Shown: in pieces, positions 22,267-31,743 of the stretch
How positions within the stretch are numbered: position 1 is the stretch's first letter
How the letters are laid out: every line of letters begins with the position of its first letter
Sequence record: OK335775.1
Reading direction: 5' to 3' (one strand)
Origin: Escherichia phage PSD2002
DNA length: 64,000 nt
The notes under the pieces: generated by a model
Told to the model about the DNA's origin: nothing
Databases searched by the model: none
The model's input: only the letters and a program-made list of their open reading frames with translations
Translations under genes and position numbers: made by a program

Positions 22267-22767
22267 ATGAATATGCAAATGATTACTAACGAAATGGTTG
22301 TTAAGGCTTTTGGTGATTCTACTGACGGTATCCAAGTTTTTAAAGGTTCTCGTGCAGTAGGTTACCTGACCGATCTTCGTGTTACTTTAGCTAAAAATGC
22401 TAAAAAGAAAATCAAGCAAAAAGAATACTCTACCCGTTACGCTGAAGAAAAGCGTGAAGCCATGCCCGAAGCTGTTAACTCTATGGTTGAGTTTCTCCGA
22501 AACAACCTTTCCAAATACGATGCCGAGGTGTTTATTAATATTAGCCAACCTAATGTTAAAATCTCAGGCATCACTTTCTATTTGATTTGTGACCCATTAA
22601 GCGACAAGTTTAATCGCCTTGGCATTTCAAGTCCTTACCATACTGCTGAAGAATTATGTTTTATGTTTGAAACGTATAAAATTCAGTGTGAAAATCCTAA
22701 AACGGTTCTTATTAATTCCCTGTCACGTGATGACATCATCGAGATTATTACCAAATGTCTAAATTAA
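22267..22767 (+). CDS. alc: Alc-like protein (host transcription shut-off)
   Basis: 166 aa, position between 63 and pseT region as in T4 (Alc 167 aa); sequence identity not independently verified. Confidence 0.55.
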   Translation: MNMQMITNEMVVKAFGDSTDGIQVFKGSRAVGYLTDLRVTLAKNAKKKIKQKEYSTRYAEEKREAMPEAVNSMVEFLRNNLSKYDAEVFINISQPNVKISGITFYLICDPLSDKFNRLGISSPYHTAEELCFMFETYKIQCENPKTVLINSLSRDDIIEIITKCLN

Positions 22768-23108
22768 GTATTTACCTTTTAGCTGGAGCCATTGCAGTAG
22801 GTGCTTATGGTTTTATTTCGTATCAATCAAGCCGTATTGATACCCTTACCGAAGAACTGAAAACAACCCAGCAAACAGCTAAACAGAACGCTGAAGCTGT
22901 AGAGGACCTTCGTGGTCAATACTCTGATATTGAATTCCGTACTACTGAAATGAATGCCCGAATGGATAAAATTAAGGTAGAAAATGAAAAGCTCCGTAAA
23001 GATTCGAAGAAGGCGCACGTGGTGGCAAGTAAGCCAGGATTGGTCGAAAAACAAATCAACAAGTCCTTCGATTCCTTTACAGAAGACTTCAGGAGCATTA
23101 CAGAATGA
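22755..23108 (+). CDS. Inner-membrane spanin (i-spanin, Rz-like)
   Basis: 117 aa; N-terminal TM helix (LSIYLLAGAIAVGAYGFISY) followed by coiled-coil periplasmic domain; T4 pseT.3 position. Confidence 0.7.
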   Translation: MSKLSIYLLAGAIAVGAYGFISYQSSRIDTLTEELKTTQQTAKQNAEAVEDLRGQYSDIEFRTTEMNARMDKIKVENEKLRKDSKKAHVVASKPGLVEKQINKSFDSFTEDFRSITE

Positions 23109-23395
23109 TTAAATTATCTGTAGTAGTATTATCTATTGGCTTGTTAGTTGGATGTGCCCAGGACATCCCTGTAGTGCCTAAGCAACAACTACATCCTTCG
23201 TGGCCACAACCTATCGCCGAACATAATGTTAAATGGCAGGTTAAGGTAATCGACGGTAAGGCCTGGGTTGGAATGCCATTTGAAGATTCCCAAGAACATC
23301 GTATTTGGTTGAACGACGTAAAAAGATATGTACAAGACCAGAAATCCATGTTATGTTATTATCGTTCCGGTCTAAAAGAGGAGAAGTGCAAATGA
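23105..23395 (+). CDS. Outer-membrane lipoprotein spanin (o-spanin, Rz1-like)
   Basis: 96 aa; signal peptide with lipobox LLVGC; ATGA overlap with i-spanin; T4 pseT.2 position. Confidence 0.7.
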   Translation: MIKLSVVVLSIGLLVGCAQDIPVVPKQQLHPSWPQPIAEHNVKWQVKVIDGKAWVGMPFEDSQEHRIWLNDVKRYVQDQKSMLCYYRSGLKEEKCK

Positions 23396-23499
23396 TTGAA
23401 GCGTGTACTGATGGATGGGATATTGTTAGATTTGGTTTTGTCTGCTTTTGTTTTGGAATTCTGATTAGTATATGTATTGGCGGTCTTTTCGGAAAGTAG
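23392..23499 (+). CDS. Small hydrophobic protein (single TM)
   Basis: 35 aa from ATG with GAGGAG RBS, ATGA overlap with o-spanin stop; FGFVCFCFGILISICIGGLF hydrophobic segment. Confidence 0.35.
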   Translation: MIEACTDGWDIVRFGFVCFCFGILISICIGGLFGK

Positions 23500-23528
23500 T
23501 TTACAAACTCTTGGGAGCAGAGTATAAT
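23499..23528 (+). promoter_or_regulatory. T4-type early promoter
   Basis: gtttac + ~18 nt + tataat, -10 flanked by ggagc/gctcc inverted repeat. Confidence 0.55.
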
Positions 23529-23562
23529 GCTCCTACGGATTATAAAATTTGAGGAAATTATT

Positions 23563-24041
23563 ATGACTTTACGTGATAACAGTTTTGTGGCTAAGCCTGA
23601 ATACATTTCAGGCGTTAAATCTCCTGTATTACAAAAGCTCTTAAAATTAGGGTCCTGTGCAAGTACACCGCTTGAAAAGAAGGCAACTTTCAATTTTGCT
23701 TGGGCTATTGTGGACGGTATTGATGTAGTAAGACAGGTAACTTTTTATGCTCCAGGGTCTATTGAGCCTTCGCAGATTATTAATTTGAATGGAAGTAATT
23801 ATATCACCATCCAACAATGGTATCGTATGATGCGCCCGGTTTGGGAATACCCTGAATTCATTGAAGAGTACAATGAAAAAGAACGTATTCGCGAGCTAGT
23901 AAAAAGTTTTGAATATGCGGCTAAACGCCATGGACAAATGCAATCCGCAGTAACCCTCGGTGATGTTCCTGAAAGTGTTGCTTACGAATCAGGTAAAACC
24001 CTTAAAACTTGCCGTGAAGAACTTTATAAGGAACTTGGTGT

Positions 24042-24045
<4 letters not shown>
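23563..24045 (+). CDS. Hypothetical early protein
   Basis: 160 aa from ATG with GAGGA RBS. Confidence 0.5.
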
Positions 24046-25245
<1,200 letters not shown>

Positions 25246-25246
<1 letters not shown>

Positions 25247-25443
25247 TGAATAATATCGAAAAGATTTTTCGTACAATCGAAGAAATTGAAAAACGTAAAT
25301 GCTTTTTCTTCGGCGTATGGCCTTTAACTGATGGACGTATTGGCCTGGATGTTATGGACTATAAAGATGAAGACAAGGTCGATGGTGGTATTTTTAAATC
25401 CGCTCCTGAACTCCTTGCCTTCTTGGAAGAACATTATGTATAA
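25246..25443 (+). CDS. Hypothetical small protein
   Basis: 65 aa from ATG overlapping pseT stop (TAATG). Confidence 0.4.
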
Positions 25444-25651
25444 CAAACACCACGAAGTTGAAGAAGAAGCTTATAAAGAGCTTCAGAAACTGGTAGGTCA
25501 GAATATGTCTCCTACCCTCATTAACTCACTAGCAGCCCTTCGTAATGACCTCAATGAACGTTACAAAGGCGAGTACTATGTTGAGTTCGTTCCTCTGACT
25601 GAAGTCGTTGACCGGTTTATTGTTAACGTGAAGGTCCATACTGTACACTGA
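25436..25651 (+). CDS. Hypothetical small protein
   Basis: 72 aa from ATG overlapping previous stop. Confidence 0.4.
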   Translation: MYNKHHEVEEEAYKELQKLVGQNMSPTLINSLAALRNDLNERYKGEYYVEFVPLTEVVDRFIVNVKVHTVH

Positions 25652-25658
25652 GGTAATT

Positions 25659-25937
25659 ATGTTCCCTACTTATTCTGAAATTGTTAAAGTAGTTTTTAGT
25701 CAGATTGTATCTGATTACCTATACGAACCTGTCAACACGTCGACTGAACTAAAGGTGCATGGTCGTTTGTCTGCTATTCTGGAAATCATGTTCCCGGATG
25801 CAGTTGATGCAATCACTGTTCAACTCACGCCTGGTGCAGCAATTGCAATTGTCCCATTTAAAATTGATAACCACATTTTGGCTATTTCATGCAAAATGGA
25901 CTTCCAGAAACAAACGGTAGTTGTCGAAGCAATTTAA
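25659..25937 (+). CDS. Hypothetical protein
   Basis: 92 aa ORF. Confidence 0.45.
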   Translation: MFPTYSEIVKVVFSQIVSDYLYEPVNTSTELKVHGRLSAILEIMFPDAVDAITVQLTPGAAIAIVPFKIDNHILAISCKMDFQKQTVVVEAI

Positions 25938-25939
25938 GT

Positions 25940-25969
25940 GTTTACACTATGGTAGGACTGTGGTATAGT
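25940..25969 (+). promoter_or_regulatory. T4-type early promoter inside 9-bp inverted repeat (PeSL-like)
   Basis: gtttac + 17-18 nt + tatagt; ggtaggact ... agtcctacc flanks the -10. Confidence 0.55.
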
Positions 25970-25999
25970 AGTCCTACCGAAACAAATGAGGAAATCGAA

Positions 26000-26554
26000 A
26001 TGAGCCAGTTCTTTGAAGAGCGTAAGTTTTATAAGTTCGTTGGTGAATACACTAAAAACAAATTCACTAATAACGGTGCTTATGGCCTCAATACAGCTTT
26101 TGCTAAGTATGTGGGTATGAATCCGTTTGAAGTTGAAATTGATTACCATAACGGGAAGCCACGTGTAAGCCGAATTCGTGTATATGACGAGATGATGTTT
26201 GTCGACCCGAGCAAAATGACAGGTAATCCTAATGATGCAAATAGTGTTCTTTTTAATTCATCAGGCTTTTTTAGCCATGAATTCGAATACTTTATCGAAG
26301 TGGTAGACCCTAAAGAACTGCAGTTAGTTTTCCAGAACCCTGAAATCAAACCTATTAAAACTCCGGCCGATTGGAAAGTGCTTATTGTTAAAAATGGTAA
26401 GATTGAAGTTCATTCTCGCCATAACACAAAGGAACAAGCCGATCGTCAGGCTGAAGAGCTTTTGACCAGTTCGTTCCAACAAGTGTGTTATATTGTTAAA
26501 GGCGACGTTACCCAAGCTACCACTACCAAACAACTTAAGTTGGAGACCATCTAA
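26000..26554 (+). CDS. Hypothetical protein
   Basis: 184 aa from ATG with GAGGAA RBS. Confidence 0.5.
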   Translation: MSQFFEERKFYKFVGEYTKNKFTNNGAYGLNTAFAKYVGMNPFEVEIDYHNGKPRVSRIRVYDEMMFVDPSKMTGNPNDANSVLFNSSGFFSHEFEYFIEVVDPKELQLVFQNPEIKPIKTPADWKVLIVKNGKIEVHSRHNTKEQADRQAEELLTSSFQQVCYIVKGDVTQATTTKQLKLETI

Positions 26555-26787
26555 TGCTGAGCGAACAACCTATTACTGTAGAGCAGTTCCAAGTTAAAGT
26601 TAAAGAATTTGCTCAGGCCCTGATTAATAAGGTTTCTGTACGTTTTCCTGACGCAACTCTGCGAGTAATTCAGGAATCACCACGTGCGGTATTGGTTATC
26701 GTTAATCCTAAAAATGGCGGCCAGATTACCCAGTTGAAACTTGGTTCTGATGGTCTGGTCGAAGCGCAGCGAGTGTTCATAGAATGA
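26554..26787 (+). CDS. Hypothetical protein
   Basis: 77 aa ORF. Confidence 0.45.
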   Translation: MLSEQPITVEQFQVKVKEFAQALINKVSVRFPDATLRVIQESPRAVLVIVNPKNGGQITQLKLGSDGLVEAQRVFIE

Positions 26788-27329
26788 AAGCAAGCACATA
26801 CCTTCAGATTGCATATCTGATTTCTCAAGAATCAAAATGTTGTTCATGGAAAGTGGGTGCGGTTATCGAAAAGAATGGTCGCATTATCTCTACAGGTTAT
26901 AACGGTTCGCCTTCCGGTGGTGTTAACTGTTGTGACCATGCTGTAGAACAGGACTGGACCCGTGTTGTGTATGACCCGACGCGAATGTCGCATAAATCCG
27001 TTCTTCTTAAAGAACACCGAATGGCTCACGCTGCATGGTCATCTAAAAATGAAATCCATGCCGAACTGAATGCTATTTTGTTTGCAGCTCGTACCGGAAG
27101 TTCTATTGATGGCGCTACGATGTACGTGACATTATCTCCGTGCGCCGATTGTGCTAAGTCTATTGCGCAGTCTGGAATTAAAACATTGGTTTATGCTGAG
27201 CTCTATGACCGAAATCCTGAAGGGTGGGACGATATCCTCCGTGAATCAGGCATCGAAGTTATCCAGTATAATCGTACAGGTCTCCGTTCTTTGAACTGGG
27301 AATCAATTCAAAACTATTGCGGTGAATAA
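26784..27329 (+). CDS. cd: dCMP deaminase
   Basis: 181 aa; zinc-binding HAE...PCxxC motifs (HAELNAI, SPCADCAK). Confidence 0.85.
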   Translation: MKASTYLQIAYLISQESKCCSWKVGAVIEKNGRIISTGYNGSPSGGVNCCDHAVEQDWTRVVYDPTRMSHKSVLLKEHRMAHAAWSSKNEIHAELNAILFAARTGSSIDGATMYVTLSPCADCAKSIAQSGIKTLVYAELYDRNPEGWDDILRESGIEVIQYNRTGLRSLNWESIQNYCGE

Positions 27330-27634
27330 TGAATATTTTATTTGAAAAACCTAAACAAGTGGTTACTGTTGATTACACAGATACATTTATTGATGCTCTT
27401 CTCCAAAAAGGTATCAAATCTATTAAAGTAGGTCCACTTTATGTTATTGAACAGCTTAAAGGCAATTCTACTGGCGAAATTTCGACTCATTCTACTAGTG
27501 ATATCGAATATGTTATCGACCAATTGGTAAATGTAAACCCAGAATTGGTATTAGTCCGTGAAGTTCGTAAAGAAACTCGTGGCGGCGAAACCAAGTATAT
27601 TGTCCGCATTGATTATATAAAAATCGAAGGCTAA
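27329..27634 (+). CDS. Hypothetical protein
   Basis: 101 aa ORF. Confidence 0.5.
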   Translation: MNILFEKPKQVVTVDYTDTFIDALLQKGIKSIKVGPLYVIEQLKGNSTGEISTHSTSDIEYVIDQLVNVNPELVLVREVRKETRGGETKYIVRIDYIKIEG

Positions 27635-27657
27635 GCATCCTAATTGAAGGAAACAAA

Positions 27658-27891
27658 ATGAAATTTCGTTTAGTTAAGTTTTCAGGTCTGAACTCAAAAG
27701 GTGAAAACCTGATAGCTTATTCAGTAGAATATAAAAAGTACTTTTTCTCTCGTTGGAAATCGTACTATAAATCCGAGTGGGTTCGCGCTGAAATGAAATA
27801 TAAAACGGTGCCTATTCTTGATAATTGCCATAGCCTATTAAGAGCTCTAAAAGAGCGTAATGCAACCACTATCAAAACTATTCTGGAATAA
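27658..27891 (+). CDS. Hypothetical protein
   Basis: 77 aa ORF. Confidence 0.45.
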   Translation: MKFRLVKFSGLNSKGENLIAYSVEYKKYFFSRWKSYYKSEWVRAEMKYKTVPILDNCHSLLRALKERNATTIKTILE

Positions 27892-27893
27892 TT

Positions 27894-28193
27894 ATGATTT
27901 TAACCGAACAAGAAACTATTCGTCTCCGTGAAAAAGTCAAGACTATTTTGTCTGTTGGTTTTCACGAAGTCCTGTTTGAAAAAGCTGATGGTAGTGCCCG
28001 TCGTATGACTTGTACTCGCGACTTAGACCTGCTGCCGTATAAAGAAGTCCAGGCCCCTGGGCCAGAAGCCAATAAAGAATCTGTTAATTATATCAGAGTA
28101 TTTGATACCAAGGTTAATGATTGGCGCTCATTCCGTTTCGATAAGCTGATTTCTATTAACGGCCTTCAGACTGAAACTCTGCTTGTCCTGTAA
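27894..28193 (+). CDS. Hypothetical protein
   Basis: 99 aa ORF. Confidence 0.5.
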   Translation: MILTEQETIRLREKVKTILSVGFHEVLFEKADGSARRMTCTRDLDLLPYKEVQAPGPEANKESVNYIRVFDTKVNDWRSFRFDKLISINGLQTETLLVL

Positions 28194-28220
28194 TATGCTT
28201 TAAGAATAGCGTGTTATTAT
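28194..28220 (+). promoter_or_regulatory. Possible MotA-dependent middle promoter for gene 31
   Basis: MotA box atgcttta, 12 nt spacer, -10 tattat. Confidence 0.45.
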
Positions 28221-28251
28221 TAATCTATCAACAAAACAATATGGATTAAAT

Positions 28252-28575
28252 ATGGAACTTCCTATTAAAGCGGTCGGAGAATATGTTATTCTCGTTTCCG
28301 AACCAAAACAAGCCGGTGATGAAGAAACTACTGCATCTGGTATCGTTATTGGCAAACTTCATCAAGGTGAAATCCCTGAACTTTGTGAAATTTATTCTGT
28401 AGGACCTGATGTCCCTGAAGATTTTTGTGAAGTAGGCGATTTGACTCCACTTCCTGTTGGTAAGATTGCTAACGTGCCTCATCCGTTGGTTGCATTGGGT
28501 ATTAAACAACCTAAAGAAATTAAACAAAAATTCGTTACCTGTCACTATAAAGCTATTCCTTGCCTTTATAAGTGA
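28252..28575 (+). CDS. 31: Co-chaperonin gp31 (GroES analogue for capsid folding)
   Basis: 107 aa; [17 protein letters not shown]...VGPDVPE.FCEVGDL...[23 protein letters not shown] matches T4 gp31. Confidence 0.85.
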   Translation: MELPIKAVGEYVILVSEPKQAGDEETTASGIVIGKLHQGEIPELCEIYSVGPDVPEDFCEVGDLTPLPVGKIANVPHPLVALGIKQPKEIKQKFVTCHYKAIPCLYK

Positions 28576-28721
28576 TATAAATAATAATATGGATTGGCTG
28601 CCGGACTAGTTAGTTAACCGGAGAATCCTAAGCGGTGGACTACAACTGAGAGACTTGCCGAAAGGAAGTGAAATTCAGAAGAACGTGTCCACCAATCTTT
28701 ATCTCGAATTGAGAAACTAAA

Positions 28722-28970
28722 ATGAACAAACAATTGAATCACGCTCTTGAACTGCAACGCAACGCTTGGAACAACGGTCACGAAAACTACGGCGCATCTA
28801 TTGATGTTGAGGCCGAAGCACTGGAAATCCTGCGTTATTTCAAACATCTGAATCCTGCTCAGGCTACTCTGGCTGCTGAACTGGAAGCTAAAGATGAACT
28901 GAAATTTGCTAAGCCTTTGGCTTCAGCAGCTCGTAAAGCAGTACGTCATTTTATTATTACCCTGAAGTAA
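28722..28970 (+). CDS. rIII: rIII-like lysis inhibition accessory protein
   Basis: 82 aa, same size and position (after gene 31) as T4 rIII. Confidence 0.5.
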   Translation: MNKQLNHALELQRNAWNNGHENYGASIDVEAEALEILRYFKHLNPAQATLAAELEAKDELKFAKPLASAARKAVRHFIITLK

Positions 28971-29048
28971 GTTAAATCGAGGAGCCGTCGAACTGTTTGA
29001 TTAATGATTTGCGAATCATTATAGTTTTAAGACCCCAACAGTTTTACG

Positions 29049-29077
29049 GTGTACCTCTTGAATGTATTTTGTACTAT
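29049..29077 (+). promoter_or_regulatory. T4-type early promoter upstream of a long leader
   Basis: gtgtac + 17 nt + tactat; an additional promoter-like ttga...tatagt with internal palindrome lies at 28995-29025. Confidence 0.4.
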
Positions 29078-29232
29078 CACGCGTCAGAAAAAGGTTATCT
29101 GTCTAAGTCGTGGTTGGTATGATGACGAGGTTTATGGTTATCCTGTCGTTAAATATCCTAAACCTATGTTCCCCTTGAGGGCTTGCGCAGGCAACGCCAA
29201 TAAGTCCTGCATCCTAATTTAAGAGATTTAAA

Positions 29233-29394
29233 ATGGCTAAGAAAGAAGTTAAAGTAGTTGACGGTACCTCTAAACGCGCTGGTTACAAGCGTGCGTCCAA
29301 CAAGCGTATCAATCAGGTAGTTGATAAGCTTCAAGCTCGTGCTCGTGCAGTATTGCGTGCAGATGCTGCTTGCTTTGGTAAGCCTCAGGCATAA
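29233..29394 (+). CDS. Small basic protein (53 aa), not in ORF track
   Basis: Manually translated MAKKEVKVVDGTSKRAGYKRASNKRINQVVDKLQARARAVLRADAACFGKPQA; followed directly by a strong terminator. Confidence 0.4.
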   Translation: MAKKEVKVVDGTSKRAGYKRASNKRINQVVDKLQARARAVLRADAACFGKPQA

Positions 29395-29399
29395 GTTAT

Positions 29400-29427
29400 G
29401 GGACTCCGAAGAGTCCCATTTTTGTTT
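29400..29427 (+). terminator. Rho-independent terminator
   Basis: gggactc-cgaa-gagtccc stem-loop followed by atttttgttt. Confidence 0.75.
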
Positions 29428-29446
29428 CTAAATCTTTAAAAAAATG

Positions 29447-29475
29447 GTGTACATCTCCGGTAGGCATGATACTAT
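29447..29475 (+). promoter_or_regulatory. T4-type early promoter in inverted repeat (PeSL-like), shared leader with 29889 copy
   Basis: gtgtac + 17 nt + tactat; tgtacat...atgtaca inverted repeat; downstream leader tatagac.tgtaccaaataatacgaaaacaaact repeated at 29914. Confidence 0.55.
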
Positions 29476-29516
29476 AGACATGTACCAAATAATACGAAAA
29501 CAAACTGGAGAATAAA

Positions 29517-29885
29517 ATGAAAATCAATCTTAACTCATATATCAAATGTAAAGACCACGACGGTTACAAAGCAATCGAAACTAAAGAAATGCAATGGCAC
29601 TTGTACAAAGAACAATTTGAATTTGTAGGTTGCATGACTCCGGAAGGTCCTTCTGATGACTTCTCTTGGAAAATTATGGTAACAAACTTTTTTACCGGTG
29701 ATACCTACGAACTGAAAACTATCATAACCGGTAAGATTCGTTGTAAGACCTATGAAGATGAAGAAACCGGTTATTCTGAAGATGTTACATGGTATCAAAA
29801 TGGTCGCACTACTGCTGATGAGTTGATTGAAAAAATGAAAGCCAAAGGTGAATTAAATTTAGATAATTGGATTAAAGTTGCATAA
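29517..29885 (+). CDS. Hypothetical early protein
   Basis: 122 aa ORF after early promoter. Confidence 0.5.
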   Translation: MKINLNSYIKCKDHDGYKAIETKEMQWHLYKEQFEFVGCMTPEGPSDDFSWKIMVTNFFTGDTYELKTIITGKIRCKTYEDEETGYSEDVTWYQNGRTTADELIEKMKAKGELNLDNWIKVA

Positions 29886-29888
29886 AAC

Positions 29889-29917
29889 AGTTTACTTTGG
29901 TACAGGTTGTGTTATTA
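29889..29917 (+). promoter_or_regulatory. T4-type early promoter in 9-bp inverted repeat (PeSL-like)
   Basis: gtttac + 17 nt + tattat; ggtacaggt ... acctgtacc. Confidence 0.55.
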
Positions 29918-29967
29918 TAGACCTGTACCAAATAATACGAAAACAAACTAAACCAAAGGATAATAAA

Positions 29968-30333
29968 ATGAACTACATCAACTTCGAACGTAAATATGTT
30001 TCTATCGGTGCGGTTGGTTCTAACGAATACATGTGTTTATGGGAGCATAAAAACGGTTCAGTTTGCGAAATCGACCATTGGGTTTCTCCTGATTATGTTT
30101 ATATGCGATTTGAAAATGGTATCACTCTTTCAATCACTAAAGAAGGTTCTTCTTTTAAAATAGCTTTAGATGATGATTTCCGTCAACGTGATTTAGGTAC
30201 TCATCCTTGCTGGAACGGCGTTAATCGTAAGCTTCTGGTTAAAACCTGGATTCGTCACATCCTGAGCAACCGAGCTAAACCTGAACACCTGGAAGCAATC
30301 TTTGATGTAGTTCTGAACGAATTCGATATCTAA
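29968..30333 (+). CDS. Hypothetical early protein
   Basis: 121 aa from ATG after repeated leader (track ORF start 29878 lies upstream of the promoter). Confidence 0.5.
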   Translation: MNYINFERKYVSIGAVGSNEYMCLWEHKNGSVCEIDHWVSPDYVYMRFENGITLSITKEGSSFKIALDDDFRQRDLGTHPCWNGVNRKLLVKTWIRHILSNRAKPEHLEAIFDVVLNEFDI

Positions 30334-30343
30334 TCTTAAAAAT

Positions 30344-30362
30344 GGAGGCTTCGGCCTCCTTT
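30344..30362 (+). terminator. GC hairpin with UUCG loop (terminator / processing signal)
   Basis: ggaggc-ttcg-gcctcc followed by ttt. Confidence 0.45.
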
Positions 30363-30374
30363 GAGGAAAATATT

Positions 30375-30662
30375 ATGTTTATGACCACTTATTTCGATAC
30401 TCGTAAAAATTTCTGTGAAGTTGTTTTCTCTAAAGCAGGTAAAGACGTTCCTGCCGACAAACAACCTACTCGTGAATCTATTAAGGCCTATGCTGATGTT
30501 GTATGCCCTGTAGAATTCCGTACTGTTAATGGTCGTGATACCTTAGCAATCACTAAGCTCAACCGTGATATCAATATCGACCCTAGTGCCGCCCGTGAAG
30601 TCAATACCTCTGACATCTATGGTGGTAATGTTAAATCACACGGCTTTCAGATGAGGTTCTAA
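30375..30662 (+). CDS. Hypothetical protein
   Basis: 95 aa from ATG with GAGGA RBS downstream of hairpin. Confidence 0.45.
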   Translation: MFMTTYFDTRKNFCEVVFSKAGKDVPADKQPTRESIKAYADVVCPVEFRTVNGRDTLAITKLNRDINIDPSAAREVNTSDIYGGNVKSHGFQMRF

Positions 30663-30856
30663 TGCAACTATTTTTATCGCAAACAGTCCAGTTAAAAGGC
30701 GTAGGTATTCCTGGAATGATTTCCAAGGTTCTACCTGCTTTTAAATTAGGTAATGTTATTATTAAAGAAGCCTACACCGTCTTATGGGTCGATGGAACTG
30801 AAGACGTTCGCATGGGCGGTGAACTGTCTGTAATCAAATGTTTAAAGCGAGGATAA
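30662..30856 (+). CDS. Hypothetical small protein
   Basis: 64 aa ORF. Confidence 0.4.
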   Translation: MQLFLSQTVQLKGVGIPGMISKVLPAFKLGNVIIKEAYTVLWVDGTEDVRMGGELSVIKCLKRG

Positions 30857-30857
30857 T

Positions 30858-31070
30858 ATGTTTAAGAAATTGATTCAGAAATTATTAGGTACGGAAATGG
30901 TCGAAGTGACTTATCGTGTAACTGATTTATCTCCTGTGCATCCACAAGATGAACCATATACTAAAACAATTAAAATGCTGAAATCTGACGGCGGATTATC
31001 TATTAAAGACCGTCTACCTTGTTATGGTCATTGGGCTGATGTAGAGATTATCAGTGTCAAAGATATTTAA
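30858..31070 (+). CDS. Hypothetical small protein, tandem paralogue A
   Basis: 70 aa; MFKKLIQKLLG.E.VEVTYRV.DLSP......IISVKDI shared with adjacent ORF. Confidence 0.5.
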   Translation: MFKKLIQKLLGTEMVEVTYRVTDLSPVHPQDEPYTKTIKMLKSDGGLSIKDRLPCYGHWADVEIISVKDI

Positions 31071-31079
31071 GGAGTCTTC

Positions 31080-31292
31080 ATGATTAAGAAATTATTTAAA
31101 AAGCTGTTTGGCTTGGAACTGGTTGAAGTGACTTATCGTGTTATTGATTTATCACCGCCATATGCTTGCGATGAAGATGCTATTAAAACTGTTGTTATGC
31201 GAAAAACATATCGCGGGCAGTCAATTAAAGAAAGATTGCCAGATCATGGCATGTGGTATGCAACCAAGATTATCAGTGTCAAAGATGTCTGA
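31080..31292 (+). CDS. Hypothetical small protein, tandem paralogue B
   Basis: 70 aa; about 50 percent identical to 30858..31070 with conserved termini. Confidence 0.5.
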   Translation: MIKKLFKKLFGLELVEVTYRVIDLSPPYACDEDAIKTVVMRKTYRGQSIKERLPDHGMWYATKIISVKDV

Positions 31293-31743
31293 GTTAGAAA
31301 TCAGAAGTAATTTTCCGTGGCCATCGTGTGCATTAAGTAACTTTGCTAAATGGCCTTTCGTTATGGATGGTATCCAATTTGGAGGGCTCGAAGGATTCCT
31401 CCAAGGGTGTAAGGTGAGAAATCATGAACAACAAAAACGTATATTTGGGATGTCCGGTCTGGCCGCACAACAAACTGGAAGAGCTTATGCAAGAGCTGCG
31501 GACCGTGGGACGCTTTTCTGGCTTGGAATTCCCTTTTCAAGATACTCTACATCATGGAAAGAGTTGTATACAAATGCATATTTTGAAGCAGCGCTCCAAA
31601 ACAAAGGATTCCGCGACGCATTACAAGCTACAAAGGGCAAAGTTTTAAAGCATTCGATGGCGAGTCACCTTACAGAATGTGATACAATACTAACTGAAAA
31701 AGAGTTTATCGACATCCTAAACAAATTGAGAGATTTATTATGA
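31285..31743 (+). CDS. NADAR (YbiA-like) domain protein, putative ADP-ribose/N-glycoside hydrolase
   Basis: 152 aa from ATG overlapping previous stop; LSNFAKWPF.MDG..F.G.EGFLQG.K resembles YbiA/NADAR core (SNFA.WP...DG...E..FQA.K). Confidence 0.55.
   Translation: MSELEIRSNFPWPSCALSNFAKWPFVMDGIQFGGLEGFLQGCKVRNHEQQKRIFGMSGLAAQQTGRAYARAADRGTLFWLGIPFSRYSTSWKELYTNAYFEAALQNKGFRDALQATKGKVLKHSMASHLTECDTILTEKEFIDILNKLRDLL

Noticed and set aside
31138-31284. N-terminal extension of the NADAR ORF (track start 31138) and internal ORF 31424..31648
   Set aside because: The extension overlaps the upstream paralogue gene in another frame and lacks conserved sequence; the ATG at 31285 coupled to the upstream stop is the more plausible start.
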